Shown: positions 23,931-38,004 of the stretch, in pieces
Numbering within the stretch: the stretch's first letter is position 1
Layout: each line of letters starts with the position of its first letter
Source: Callorhinchus milii
Taxonomy: Eukaryota
Direction of reading: 5' to 3'
DNA: 64,000 bases
Assembly (NCBI RefSeq): GCF_018977255.1
Contig: NW_024704742.1
Span: forward strand, 39,744,001 to 39,808,000
The notes under the pieces: model-generated
What the model saw: the letters and a program-made list of their open reading frames with translations, nothing else
Told to the model about the DNA's origin: nothing
Databases searched by the model: none
Position numbers and translations under genes: made by a program

Positions 23931-25156
23931 CATTCACATGACAATTTATACACAGCTTTTGATTCTTTCCTCCCATCCTTGGAGATAGTAGGCCAAGGTA
24001 TAAGCATGTTTTCAGCAAGTTCCCATTGACATGAAACTGTCTGTGCATTGACATATTTTGATATTCAAAAATCTGGTTCACTGGATAATGTCATGCAATG
24101 GCAAAGAGTTGGAGTTGTTCATTTGCTTTTCAGTCACCAAGATTGCCAAAATATTTAGATCGTGCGGTGCGGAGAGAACAATTCAAGCTGTTTTTAAAAC
24201 AAAAAATCCTGAATACACAAGACTAACACATAAATTCAAAAAAAAATTGCTCTGTGTACAAAAAACCGCACTGGTGTGCACAGCCCATGCTGGTTCTGTC
24301 TTTCTCTCTAGCAGAACCATTCTGACTGACATTTTCTCAGAAGAAACTCTCCAGAGCATTCATACTAGTCTGCACTTCTGCTGCTAAACAAGCACGAAAA
24401 TATAGTAAAACAAACATGTTTGAGAAATAAATTTGATCTGATTTCCATCAACTTCAGTGTTCAACTTCGAAATTAGCTAATTGAAATATCGGAGTGTTTC
24501 AATATTCCTTCTTTTCTCCCAACAGTGTTAGTGTTGTGTTTGTGTTGTGTGTTTAGTGGTGAGTTGCTTTCAGGAGCCATGTGATTCATACTCACACAGT
24601 ACAGACACAGCGGGTAAACATCACACTGTGCTCATTGACCCGAAGTCCTGTCCAGGTTCTCAGGCTGTCCAAACAGTGAACAAAGCATTTTTAATTTTCC
24701 ACATAATTTATTGTGCGATCAGCTCCTTAATAACCATAAAAAACAAGTATCTGATTTTTGTGTCAAAACTGGGAGTTTGTGAATGAAAGTGGGGTGTATA
24801 CAGTGTATACAGTGTAAACCTGGCTTTCTCCTTTGAATAGCTGTACTGTCAGGAGCAAAGCAAAGCAGCTTTGCTCCCAAAGGAAAAACATTTATAAGAA
24901 ACAACACAACAGCTTCAAACAGATGCACACATCTCTGTCAGGCAACTTTACTCCACATCATTTTTCCGTCAAGGCAGTTAAAATATAAAAATATATTTTT
25001 AGACAATGCATTTAAACATAAGCTTTAAGCACAAAAAGACAACTTCCAAAACAATATTCAATTGCCGAGAAAAATAAAAGATTTATACCACAGCGACTGA
25101 TTTAATGTAACATTTTCCTGTGAAACATCATATGAAATTATGCACATTTCATATAC

Positions 25157-25202
25157 CTGTCAAGTCATGGTTGCCCAAAATAATGATAACGTTCTTGAAA
25201 CG
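25157..25202 (-). other. Candidate 46-nt exon of an unidentified minus-strand host gene
   Basis: Acceptor tgcatttcacacag preceded by ~130 nt with no AG and long pyrimidine runs; donor CAG|gtatat; only one open frame (RFKNVIIILGNHDLT). Confidence 0.35.
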
Positions 25203-26118
25203 CTGTGTGAAATGCAATTCGCATGACATTCATAACCACAGAGCGAACAATAAGAGAAAATAATACAGTACAATGTGAATGGAAACAGATGAAACACAAT
25301 AGAAGAGAAAGAAAAGAGAAAAATGTAGAAAGAAGCCTGTAAAAATAGCTTACCCAAGACAAATGTACGTTTTAATTAGAATACAGCTACAAACAACAAC
25401 TTTTTGCTTGTGTGTGCGAAAAGAGGGAGAGTAAAAGAGGCCGAGCAACTGAGAGAATAAGTATGACAGACTGTTTCTGTGAATAGAGTTAAGCCAGTTC
25501 ATTTCAAATCATCATTTGCAGAGGAGAAACAAAAGGACTAAAACACCCATCCGCTCGAATAAAATGATGCTCCATAAACATATTACTTATACATATACAT
25601 ATACATAATAGACAGTTGAGGAATTCAAAAGAATGGGATACAATAAGGTGTACCTGCCACGTGATAGATTAAAGTAGCCCAGAAGCACAGCAGCTTCAGA
25701 GTCCAATTCATACAGTCTGGGATCCAGTTGACACTTAAATCTGCCAAGTGCAATGATTTGGATCAGACGATGAGTTGGGGGCAGAAGGAAATTAACCTGA
25801 AATTTTTTTAGCCCACAGCACAATTTTCCTTTCCTGGCTGAGTGCCGTGTTGGCACCAAACATTACAGAGAGCTTTTGATTTTATGAGCTGGGGATTTAT
25901 CTTCCAGGTAAAGCCAGATGTATCAATAGGAGGTCACCGAGGAAGCAAATGGAAAACAGCATTCATGTTGTTATGGCAAAATATTTATTTAAAATTTGGT
26001 CCAAATTTGTCCCTTATGTCACCTAATGCCTTGCTGAACATAGAATGAAATGGTTCCTTTATGGCAGACTATGTTAGCATTACTTTCAGCTGTGTGCTTT
26101 TTCTGTTTTTAAGTAAAG

Positions 26119-26670
26119 ATGGCAGGGAAAGAGCAGAGCATAGGGAAGACTGAAGGAGGAGCGGTTATCCTTTCAAGGATTTACAGGCCAAGAATAAACT
26201 GCTTGTCAATGACAGAAGAGCAGTGTCTGCAATGTTGTCACCTCAGCAGAGACACGTTCCCTGATATATGTCATCTGCTAAATCCTGACCTGCAAGCTCA
26301 CTGTTTAATAGCTGCTGTGTTACTAATAGCTGTGAAGGTAACTGGAGAAATGAATTTCTATGCGACAGGCCCCTTCCGGGCAACAGCGAGTGATTAAAGT
26401 GACATCTCGTAGTCTATAACACTGAACTGCACCTAGAAGGTCACAGATGGTAATAATGGTTTTAAGTCTTATTTGTTTTCCAAAAATCTGAGAGGCATGA
26501 TAGCTACACTGTGTGCTTATTCAACTACCTGGTTTCCACAGAGTCTGCGTGACATATCTATGTTGAAATGAATGCACGGTGACAAAAAGGCAAGGCATGT
26601 ATAAATTGGAAAGACGCACCTGGACAATTCCTCTTGACTGTTTAACAGTCTCGATGGTTGTGTGACACGG
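26119..26670 (+). pseudogene. Decayed PIF/Harbinger DDE transposase fragment
   Basis: RIYRPRINCLSMTEEQCL..LSRDTFPDICHLLNPDLQ..IAVKVTGEMNFYATGPFRATASD*SDIS*S..KVTD, then broken GF.RV and INWK motifs, matching the HARBI1-like N-terminal half; stops and frameshifts. Confidence 0.8.
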
Positions 26671-27539
26671 GCCTCAGCCTTTCATCTCACTCTTCAATTA
26701 AAAAGAATGAGTTGAATTGCCAGATATTTACAACTTTTCAAGGTCAACTCCTTGTCCCCTTTCAGTCAGTCCCATCAGATACCGTTTAGGGACATACATA
26801 TTGCCATGTTTATATATAAATATGTATAATATATAAATACAAGTTGTTGCTTAAACTGCTGATTTGAAATTGCTTCAAACATGAAGTGATGCCGAGTGAG
26901 AAATGGGATTTACATTTTCTGCTTCAAAATCGCATTCAATGAGAGTGAGGAAGAGTCTGCACATTTGCCGCAAAGCGTGTGCACAGAATACCACTGCTAT
27001 TTGTTTTTTAATTTTATTAAAGAGCCAATTGTGAGACCGTCTCTTTAACAACATTAACACTGATCTCTTAAAACATCGGGGTGAAAATGAGATATATGAT
27101 TTGCCCACAAAATACAAAGTCACTACACTTTACACTACATCCTGTGAAGTGCTTTGAGATGTCCTCCTGACATGAAAGTCGCTATACCAAATACAACAAC
27201 AACAACTTGCACTTATATAACATCCTCAATGCAGGGAGGTGTCTCAGAGCACTTAGATTAGAATTATTATGTGACAATTAAGACTTTTAAGGTTGAGCTA
27301 TTCCCCGTTTCCCATTTTCAATCACTTTTCTGTTCTCATCCACTAAACGTTGGTTGAAACAAAAGTACTGCCATGGTTCATGTGTGATCAGCCATCAATT
27401 GGGATATATCCAGAAACGGATGTCCCACCATGACGTCAAGATCATAGCATTGTTAGAGCAGCCCACTCCCAGTACTGCACTGGAGTATCAGCCTAAGCTA
27501 TGTGCTCAATACACATAGTTCAGATAAGACATTACATTG

Positions 27540-27800
27540 AGATCCCATCAGTCTGTTTGGGTGAATATTAAAGATCCCATGGCCTTATATTAAATAAAAG
27601 AAGGAAGGTTTTCCATTGTCTTGGCCAACAATCCTCCAGATAAAATTGTTCATTCACTTCATGGTTGCTTGTGGACACTGCAGCATAGCTGCTGCATTCA
27701 CCTACAAAATATATAAGGCATTATACTGTACAGTAAATCCTATGAAGTGTTTTGAGACGTGTTGAAGATGTGATAAGGCACTACACCAAACATAAGGAAA
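27540..27800 (+). mobile_element. Old Deu-SINE
   Basis: gggtgaatattaaagatcccatggcc..tgtcttggccaacaatcctccagataaaattg..tail. Confidence 0.7.
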
Positions 27801-28637
27801 ATTATCCTTATACTTATAGACATTGTTCTATTTTAACATTGAATCACTGTGAAAAGTACAATAGGCAAACTGATAAATTACTTGTCCGGCACTGGACTGA
27901 TCGAGGCCAGTTACCACTTAATTAGAAAAGCAGTTACAATACAGAATAGAAATAATACAAAACTACCATACTAGCAGAAAGAAGTTAACATGGTGATTTT
28001 TTCTTCAGAATTATTGGGACTTAATAATCTTTTAATTTGATACAGCGCCTCATCAAGTCATTGAAAGGTCTCAAAGTGTTTCATAGAATATACTCTAAAG
28101 TGAATTGACTGTATATCCTGTGGGCGAAAACGCGGCAGTTAATTGTACAGAGCAGTAAAGAGCAACTTGATGCTGTGATAAGGGGACAGTGGAGTGTGTG
28201 TTCAGGAAGGATGAGATTAGATTGGGTCAAAGGACCTTCTTCATCCAAACTCATCTTCTGTTATTGTGACCTGAATTCAGCATGATGCACTCTGAGTGGA
28301 GAAAGAACATTGCAAACTGATGAAGGCTGAAAGTCCAGTGTAAAACCTAGTCCTGCCAGTATACTAGTTATCCTTTTAATAGAACCCATTCGTAAAAATT
28401 AAACTACGGAGTGTTTGCAACTCTAGCTTTCAAGCTTTCAGAAGAAAATGAACAGAGTAATCAGCATGACTTCAGTCAAACTGCTCAAAACCTTTTCACT
28501 CTTTAGACACAAAAGAGAAGCTTTAAGACGTCTCATTGACATGATAAGGCTTTGAAACCCTTTGACAAGTCTCAATAACTTGATGAGGAGCTATATCAAA
28601 TGCAAGGATTGTTATTATTAGTAAGCTGCTCATCACA

Positions 28638-29539
28638 ATGAGAGCTAACTTTCTTCAGTTGAACGTCAACAAGACCGAGGCCCTCTTGATTGGCTCCTGT
28701 CAGCGCCTCCTCACCTCAAGCGCTGACAGCCTCACCATCCATGGATACACACTCCACCTTACTAAGTCAGTCCGGAACCTTGGTGTCTTGTTTGACCTTC
28801 AACTATTCTTTCTACTCCACATCAGCCATGACCAGCACTGCCTTCCCCCACCTCCCCAACATCGCCCAGCCTAGATGTTATCAATGCGTGTATGAGTGTT
28901 TCAGCGGCCTGTCTCACACCGCAGGCTGCCGAAACACTCTTACATGTATTCATAACATCGAGATTTGACTTTGTGAACTCTTTGCTTGTTTGCCTCCCCA
29001 ACAATTCCCTCCACAGGCAGGCTGCAGATCATCCAGAACTCTACAGCCCGTGTCCTCTCCCGCACCAGGCTCCGTGACCCTATCAACTCCATCCTCGCCC
29101 GACTCCACTGTCTTCCCATCACCCAGAGGATACAGTTCATGATCACCTCACCTTTAAAGCCTTACATGGCCTCACAGCCCCCTACCTCTGCAACCTCCTA
29201 ACCCCCTACTACTCCCACCGCTTGGCGGGCTCCGCCCTGCTTTACATCCCCTGCCTCACCCACCCCACCATTGGCAGGCAGGTCTTATATTCCCCTAGCC
29301 TCTGGAACTCCATCCCGCAGTCCCTCCACCTCACCCGCTCTCTTGCCTCCTTCAAGACCCATCTCAAGACCCTGCTCTTCGACCGTGCTTTTGATCACAC
29401 TGCTTCCCCCGTTGCCCTCCACCCTCCCAATCCTAACCCTCAGCTTGGGTCTGAAACATTGACTGTCCAGCACCTTCGGATATCCTCCCGACCTGAAAGG
29501 CGCTATATAAATGTAATTGTGTTGGTGGTGGTGTTGTTG
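28638..29539 (+). mobile_element. L2 LINE 3' fragment
   Basis: MRANFLQLNVNKTEALLIG..VRNLGVLFD, FITSRFDFVNSLL, LHCLPITQRIQF, FKTHLKTLLF; tail. Confidence 0.95.
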
Positions 29540-30734
29540 CTCTGCAATAATGGTTATTCAAATCTTTAAGACCACCTTTCTAAATTATTTAACCTTGGCT
29601 ACTTATGGCATACGAGTCAAAATTCTGGTTCTTTGTCTACTAAAATGAAAATCAATGTGAATTACGACAATATTGAGAGCTTTTATAAATATTTGAATAG
29701 ATTAAAAACAGCTTTGAATCAATTGCAAGTATCTGAAACAATGATTTCCCATTGTGAAGGCCAAATGAAAGGATTTGCAGACAGGTAAACAGTCTTTGTA
29801 CTGCATTCAATAATTGTATTGCATTCACAGAGCTCCTATATTGCAGCAATCAAAACATTGCAGTCCTGAAGAAAAATGTCAGGTCAATAAAGATCATAAA
29901 ATGTTATAAAGACTTAAAGACAAGCTAGGTTAAGGTTACTTTTCAGCTAAGAGCATTTGGTTCAAAGAAATCCAAAACACATCAATATGCAGTGGTCACC
30001 AAAGTGATAGGACTCAAATGTTTCTTTCAATGCTTCAGTTGTATTCTACGAATAAAATGAAGGTAAACTGAAGAAAATTTAATGATATGTTATAAGAGAT
30101 GCATATGGATTTTCTGGTGTATGCCAGAATGTCTAAGCTATTTGCTCTCCTCATTCCTCACTCCTTCCATTTCTTTCTACTCAACCTTTAGCTACTTTGC
30201 CCTCTGGAGTTCTCTCCCAAAATCACCTAATGCTGTCCCTCCTGCCTTCTAAAGCTTCAAAGCAATTTTCTTTTTGACTGTGCATTTGGTTAACACTTAT
30301 TACATTTTCCTGTCTCGTCTTCCTATACAGTTCTCCTTATTGTCTCTGTTGAGTACTTTGAGACATTTATCCTGTAAGAAAGGCGCTATATATATGCAAA
30401 TTGTTGTTGTATGAGAGATGGAATGCTTTAGTTGCAACAAGTTTTTCATACAGGACTCTTTCAGGGGTAATGAATACATTCACATGTCACTGACGGGGTC
30501 TGCACACTATTTTCAGCAGTACCGTTTCTCTTTCCACTGTAGTGAAACACGTGAAATAACTAGCTTGAGGCCAGGGATTTTACTAATCGCATCTACGCCA
30601 TAAAATCACTGAATATCTTTGTCAGATGATAAGTGACACATGCATGCTTGAGCTCTTGAAGGAACCAGGAAAATTCAGTCCTCGCAGGATTAAAGCACCA
30701 CAGAATGCCTGGACTGAGCAGTCAAGCAAAATCA

Positions 30735-33374
30735 GAAAATCAGGATGTAGAGTCAGTATGGGTGGAGGGAAGAAACAACAAGGGGCAGAAAACACTAGTG
30801 GGAGTAGTTTATAGACCCCCAAACAGCAGTTACAGTATTGGCTAGGGTATTAATCAGGAAATTAGAGGAGCATGTAGCAAGGGTAATACACTAAGTGGGT
30901 GATTTCAATCTTCATATAGATTGGGAAAACCAAATTGGCAAAAATAAATTAGAGGATGAGTTTATAGAATGCATTAGAGATAGTTTTCTAGAACAATATG
31001 CTGAGGAACCAACCAGGAAACAGGCTATCCTAGATCTTGTATTGTGTAATGAAGCAGAGCTAATCAGCAATCAGGCAGTTAAAGTTCCTCTAGAGCAGAA
31101 TGACCATAATATGATGGAATTTAATATTAAGTTAGAGAGTGATATAGTTGAATCCGAAGCAAGGGCTTTAAGTTTAAATAAAACCAACTTTGCAGGTATG
31201 AGAGAAGATTTGGCTAAAATAGACTGGGAAATTAGATTAAAAAATAGGACGGTAGACCAGCAATGGCAAACATTTAAAGATATAATACATAATTCCCAGC
31301 GATCACATATTCCCTTGAAAACTAAAAATACCACGGGAAAGTGTTCATCCTGGGCTAACTGGAGAAGTTAGGGAAAGTATAAAATTGAAAGAAGAGGTCT
31401 ATAATATTGCCAAAAAGAGTGGTAAACCTGAGGATTGGGAGGGCTTTAGAGAACAGCAAAGGAAAACCAAGAAACTGATTAAGAGGGAGAAAATGGAATA
31501 TTAGGGTAAACTAGCTAGGAACATAAAGACAGATTGTAAGAATTTTTACAAGTACATAAAGAGGAAGAGACTATCAAAAGTGAATGTGGGTCCATTGCAG
31601 GCAGGGACAGGAGAAATTATAATGGGGAATAAAGAAATGGCAGAGTCATTAAACAAATATTTTGTTTCTGTCTTCACGTTAGAGGACACTGAAAACTTAC
31701 CGAAAATAGAGGGGAACCTAGAGGCTATGTTAATGAGGAACTTAAAAGAAATGAACATCAGTAAAGCAATAGTACTAGAGAAATTGATAGATTAAAAATC
31801 GATAAATCCCCTGGACCTGACGGCCTGCATCCAAGGGTTTTAAATGAGGTGGCTGCAGAGATAGTGGATGCTTTGCTTTTGATCTTCCAAAATTCCCCCA
31901 ATTCTGGACAGGTTCCTATTGATTGGAAGGTCGCAAATGTAATGCCGCTATTTAAGAAGAGTGGGAGACAAAAAATGGAGAAATATAGACGAGTTAGTCT
32001 GACATTGGTGGTAAGGAAAATTCTAGCGTCCTTAATTAGGTATGTCGTCGTGGGGTATTTAGAAAATCATAACATGGTTAGGCAGAGTCAACATGGCTTT
32101 ACGAAAGGAAAATCATGTTTAACAAATCTTTTAGAGTTTTTTGAAGATGCAACTAGCAGGTTAGATAGGGGGGAACCAGTAGATGTGGTGTCTTTGGATT
32201 TCCAGAAGGTATTTGATAAGGTGCCACATAAAAGGCTGTTGTATAAGATTAGAGCCCATGGAATCAAAGGTAATATATTAGCATGGATCGGAGAGTGGCT
32301 AACAGGAACAAAACAGAGAGTAGGGATAAATGGATCCTTCTCAGATTGGCAGGATGTGACTAGTGGAGTGCCACAAGGATCAATGCTTGGGCCTCAATTA
32401 TTTACAGTCTATATCAATGATTTAGATGAGGAAATAGAACTTAACATATCTAAATTTGCGGACGATACAAAGATAGGTGGGAGAGTAAGCTGTGAGGATG
32501 ACACATGAAGAACGCAAAGGAAAATAGACAGGCGAGGTGGGTGGGCAGATGGAGTAAAACATGGGGAAGTGTGAAGTTATTCACCTAGGTAGTAAAAATA
32601 GAAAAGCGGATTACTTTCTAGAGTGGGAGAAACTAGGTAGTGTTAGTGTTCAGAGGGATTTGGATGTCCTTTTACACTAGTCACAAAAAGTTAGTATGCA
32701 TGTACAGCAAGCAACTAGGAAGGCTGATGCCATGTTGCTGTATATTGCAAAAGGGTTAGACTACAAGAGTAGGGAAGTCTTGCTGCAGTTGTATAAGGCC
32801 TTGGTGAGACCTCACCTGGAATATTGTGTGCAGTTTTGGTCTCCTTATTTAAGAAAGGACATCCTCGCCTTAGTGGGGGTGCAGCATAGATTCACTAGGT
32901 TGGTTCCTGGGATAAGGGAGTTGACCTATGAGGAGAGGTTGAGTAAACTAGGCCTTTATTTTCTACAATATAGAAGAATTAGGGATGATTTTATAGAAAC
33001 CTATAAGATTGTTAAGGGTCTTGATAGGGCAGATGCCATGAGACTATTTCCCCTGGTTGGAGAATCTAAAACTAGGGATCATAGTCTCAAGATTAAGGGT
33101 CAGCCTTTTTGAACTGAGTTGAGGAAACATTTCTTCACTCAGAGGGTAGTGAACTTCTGGAATTCTCTACCCCAGAAGGCTGTGGATGCTCAGTCCTTGA
33201 ACATATTCAAGACTGAAGTTAATAGATTTCTAAAGGATAAAGGGATTAAGGGATATGGGGATAGGGCGGGTAAATGGAATTAGGTTAGAAGATCAGCCAT
33301 GATCTTATTAAATGGCAGGGCAGGCTCGAGGGGCTGAATGGCCTACTCCTGCTCCCACGTCTTATGGTCTTATG
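30735..33374 (+). mobile_element. 5'-truncated CR1-clade LINE with disrupted APE-RT ORF2
   Basis: [82 protein letters not shown]; 3' UTR ending (tcttatgg)2; several stops and frameshifts. Confidence 0.97.
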
Positions 33375-36300
33375 GATACTCTTAAGCATGGTAATGGGTT
33401 TCTGCATGTTTCAGACACCAGGCTGGCCAAATATATAAAAAATATATATTTAGCTCTGCGCTTGTGAACACTTGAGAAAGCAACCTCTTCAGTGAGAAAT
33501 GATCTGATCAGTTCACTTGAGGATTTTATGATATGCAAGTCGGTCTGATGCCTGTAAAATTCCTATAAGATAGGCCTCCCTCATCCACTCTCCTCTATTT
33601 GCTCCCCATTTCTGATCTGTGGTAGTGCTGTTTACTCAGATGGATAATTGTTCTGCTTGCTGATGCAGCACTCTACAAAGCGAGTCTGTAAAGCAATTAG
33701 AGAACAGAATACTCCCACAAACATTTATGTCGACTTAAAGCAATTAGTTTTTATCAGTCACCATCATGAGCCCTTTTCAAGCAGAATGTTTAATTGGTTT
33801 CAGAAAATGTTATCCTGGAGTATTCAGTTTAAAATATTATGCCTTACTCATTATCTTCTCTGTGCATTGTATCAACTAGAACTGTAGAACGGTGCAGAAC
33901 AATTGGATTTTTTTATATTAAAAAGGTATTCTTTCCAGCTAAATAAATAATTCTGTTGATATTATTTTATATTAAATGAGTGTGTCCAATTATTTTTCTA
34001 TTGTTCTTTCTATTGTTGGACACTGGTTGTCTTCCGGTATCCAAGCTAAGTGGCTATTGCTCATTTGTGAGCCTTGCCAGTGAGTGTCAGCAGGTCACTT
34101 CACTGTGGAGAGCATCAGCGTCGAGCCTGACCTCTCCTCATCCAAGTGCCATACCTGTGCACAACCAGCAGATGGTGCTGAAAAGGGACCAGGTTCATGA
34201 ACCCTGTCTTATGTTACTGATACGAAGGCCCTAACCTCTGCAAATTCCTGTCTCAATCCCTCCAATTCACCACTCTTTCTTTAAGTGCCACATTAAGACC
34301 TACCTCTTTGATGGCACCTAGGTAGAGCATTGTATTGATCAGTTTGATCCTATGATGGGAGGACATGGAGGGATGAGATCAAATGGGCTGAAGGGTGATC
34401 TACATTGAAACCAATCTTGTGATCTTGTGAATTATATTACTAGCATTTACACAAGCTTAAATGAACTGAAGCATTCTCTGTATCTTTATAGAGAAAAAGA
34501 GGCCTGAAATTTCTTAAAATCATTATTTTAAAATTGAAGACAATGAGGGAGAAGGGAACAGAGGGATATGGGGGAGGCTAGAGAGGGGGGATTAGAATGG
34601 ATGGAGGTCAATGTGGAATATAAGCACTGGCATGGACAAGCTGGGCTGAATGATCTCTTTCAGTGCTGTAGAGACAATATAAATTCTACGTAGGGTGTTT
34701 CAGAATTTTGCAAAACAGATAACTTGAAGGCTGATTTGTCACAGTACTTTTGGGTGCTGCAGAAAATTGGTTTCCAAATTAAGACTGAATGTAAGACTAT
34801 TTTTCAATATTCTGCACAATATTAAATGATCTTGATGAGTTGGGAGCTCCAGGCGATTAACAATGCTTTGCAATGATCCCTCCTCGCGTTTCTCCACATG
34901 TTTAACATCCAGTGCTGGCGTTCTGCAGTTCTCAGCCAAATGCCAAATTATTATTATTATGTTATGAATGGAGTTTCAGAGCTACAGACCTGATTGTCTG
35001 TGCTGAGGTAGCCATTCTCAGCTGGATGTTAATGAAAGCAGCATAACAGGCCTCAGTGCCCTTGAGCTGGAGGAGGCAAAAATCAACCTGGTTCAACAAC
35101 AACTTTGCATTTATTTAGCGCCTTTCACATTGCGAGGATATCTCAAAGCATTTATTTCAGATTACTATCTATTGACCACCTCACCAACCCCCTTTACCAT
35201 GCCGAAAATGTGAGTGTGTGTCACTGACATATCTGACATTCAACGTTTTCAAACTCACACACTTAAGCAAAATAGCAAAAGGGTGCCACTGCATTTGAAA
35301 CCAATTCCCAGAATAAGCTACTAACGTCAGGACGAGAGTGTTAGGAATAAAAGAGTGTTAGGGACTGGAAGAGAAACAAAAGATAAGAAATTCAATTGCC
35401 CTGGAATATAGTAAAAAGATTTTCTGGAAAATTGCTGGGTTCTAAAGCGATCTCAGACTGTTTTAATCTGACTAAGTGAAACTGACAGCATCAGTTTGGA
35501 TTATAGCCTGGGCAGGTGGTAGCCGGTTACTGGCAGTAAATCCCTTTGTATACAGTCTTGTGACTCTCTATTACTGCTGGTAAGTGTAAAATGTGAATGG
35601 AGTGACACTTTTATAATACATTTAATGTGACAATTATCACATTGAATGCAGTATGAAACACTGCAAATTTCTTGCCATTGAATAATTATTTTCCATCTCA
35701 GTAACCTTGCTTTCAGTTCTCCTGCATTGAGATCAGTCATTTTATGGCAGTTTAACAACATTGTGTTGCTGTCTTGAAAACTTCCTCAAGTAATGTAATT
35801 TCAGTTGATTTTAATTTTAGTAATTTTAGCGAAACTCCTCAGTTTGAAACTGAGTTTACAGAACAGGGAGTGCTCGGGTTTATTTCTTAACCTGTGCTGA
35901 GTTAGTTGATCTAAACTGCAAACTAAAATTGGCTCTGACTTGCTCTGAGCAAGCAGAGGGAAACAGGCAAGAATCTTGCTTCATATCTAGTAACCTGAAT
36001 CATGTGCATGGGTTGAGGTCAGCGAAAGAAATAATTAGATGAGTCTACGTTGCCAACACTCATTGTTTAAATATTTCAAATACTTAAATTGTTTAAATGC
36101 CCTAGCCCTGCCTGCCTCAACATCAGAGGCAGGTTTTCAGCCTTTCTGCCCCCTTCACTCTGCAACTCCATCCTGGATTCCCTTCACCTCACCCCTTCCC
36201 TTGCCACCTTCAAGGCCCTTTGCTCTTTGACCATGCCTTTGGTCATTTGCACTCAGCAATGTCACACAAACAACAACAAAGTAGATGATCATTGTATCTG

Positions 36301-36499
36301 GAGAATTGTTAGCCAGGACACCAGGAGAAATACCATTTCTCTTTTAGGATAGAAATGTCATGGTTGACAATAATTTGGTTTAACATCTCATCTGAAGGAC
36401 AACACCTCCACCAACTCAGTGCTCCCCCAACACTGCAATGAAGTGGCAATCTAGAGTGAACTTTCTAACCAGAGTAGTACCAACAAAGCCAAGAATGAC

Positions 36500-36727
36500 A
36501 TTGCCTCCCCACTGGTCCCTTCCATCCCCACTCATCCCCTCCCTCTCCACTTTCAAAGCCCACCTCAAGAATTACCTCTTTAACTGTGCTTTTGGTCATC
36601 CTTCTCCTCCCCAGTGATCCCCGTCCCCCACCCCTGCACCTGCTCCGGAGCCCAGCCAGCAATATAAAGCATTTTGAAAAGTCCTCCAGAAGTGAAAGAC
36701 GCGCTATAAATGTGAATTGTGTTGTAT
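36500..36727 (+). mobile_element. L2 LINE 3' fragment
   Basis: ctttcaaagcccacctcaagaattacctcttt and gtgaaagacgcgctataaatgtgaattgtgttg tail. Confidence 0.8.
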
Positions 36728-38004
36728 TCTATTCTTTAAATGGTAGCTCCTTGCTGGCTCTTGAGATGCAATTGTTTCACCATCTGGGCACAGTTACAAA
36801 CAGGTGGGAATCAGTAGGGCAGCGTTCTTCTCTGGATCATCACCTTAAGAAAATTCAGGTTACCATCAACTTGAAAATTGACTATGCAACTTCAGTTTGT
36901 CCATCAGTAATTTTTATCTTTCCGAGTTTAATAAACAATTGAACATATTTAGCGCCATACTGCACTGAAAAATACAAGATCAAAGAAGATATTTAATAAT
37001 AGATTCAGAAATAAGTGGTACTTTTATGATTTGTCACACTTGATATATAATCATTTTGATATTTCCTGTTTCTCAAACACTTTCATGACTGAATGTATTT
37101 GATCTCCATTAGAAACAGTTAAAAGGAAAATGCTTTCCTTGCTCTGATAAAAAAAATCACACAATAAATAATTAAACTAAACTACACCCAATTTAACAGG
37201 CTCTGACTATGACTCTGAATAAAGTGCCATCTCAAATATCTGGTAAATATTTTGTTTTACATTTTTAATTAAAAAATAAATTTGGATTATCATACACTTA
37301 ACAAGTCAGTCAATAGAGTTCAAAAAGTGGTTCAACGGGAATAGCACAGTGGCACAAGAGCTAGAAAAAGCTCCTTAGGACATAAATGGTCCCAAATTTT
37401 ATCTAATTCTAGTCTGTAATGTAAAGAAATGTTTGTCTTGAAATGTAAAGTTGAACAAAATCATGCAAAATTCCTAAATTCTATCTTAATTTGGAAGCTG
37501 ATTCTTTTTAAGAATTGCGGAAAAACGGTTTCTAAATTAAGTCTGGATTTAATAATTTTCAACAATTCTGTGCAATCTTAAAGGTTAAGCCAAATGGTCT
37601 TACAGGGTACAACCAGGTGGAATTTCAAACATTAAGTGTGTCTGACAGCAAAGAACCCCATGGAGAACTCCACTCATTGCCATTAGTACAAGACTTTTTG
37701 GGCCAATCACAAACTCATATGTGAGGGGGACTGGTGGATTTAGAGAATATTTGTTTGGCTACTTGTAATCCAAATAAAGAATAGGGAGACAGAGAAGTCA
37801 GTTTGCAAATATAGGTAAAGTTCCATCTGGGTCTAAATTTACTTTATGTAGAGTTTTACAACATCCAGGCTTTACTTTGAAACAGGTTCTTTGAAGGTTT
37901 TTTTAAGAACTGCAAACAGCTACAGTACTGCAAAGGAAAGTCTGAAGTGCCTAATATACAATAGACCAAGGTTCATCCATGTCACACATGTACACAAAGA
38001 ATAA

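Noticed and set aside
24058..24387. 109-aa plus ORF ending FCC
   Set aside because: Runs through poly-A tracts with no domain; the CC end is probably chance.
24526..24558. 33-nt plus-strand exon (cccaacag ... GTG|gtgagt)
   Set aside because: Good splice sites, but low-complexity TG content and opposite to the better-supported minus-strand signals; not excluded.
29645..29788. 47-codon ORF with AG|gtaaac donor, faintly hAT-like
   Set aside because: Too short, and the similarity is subjective.
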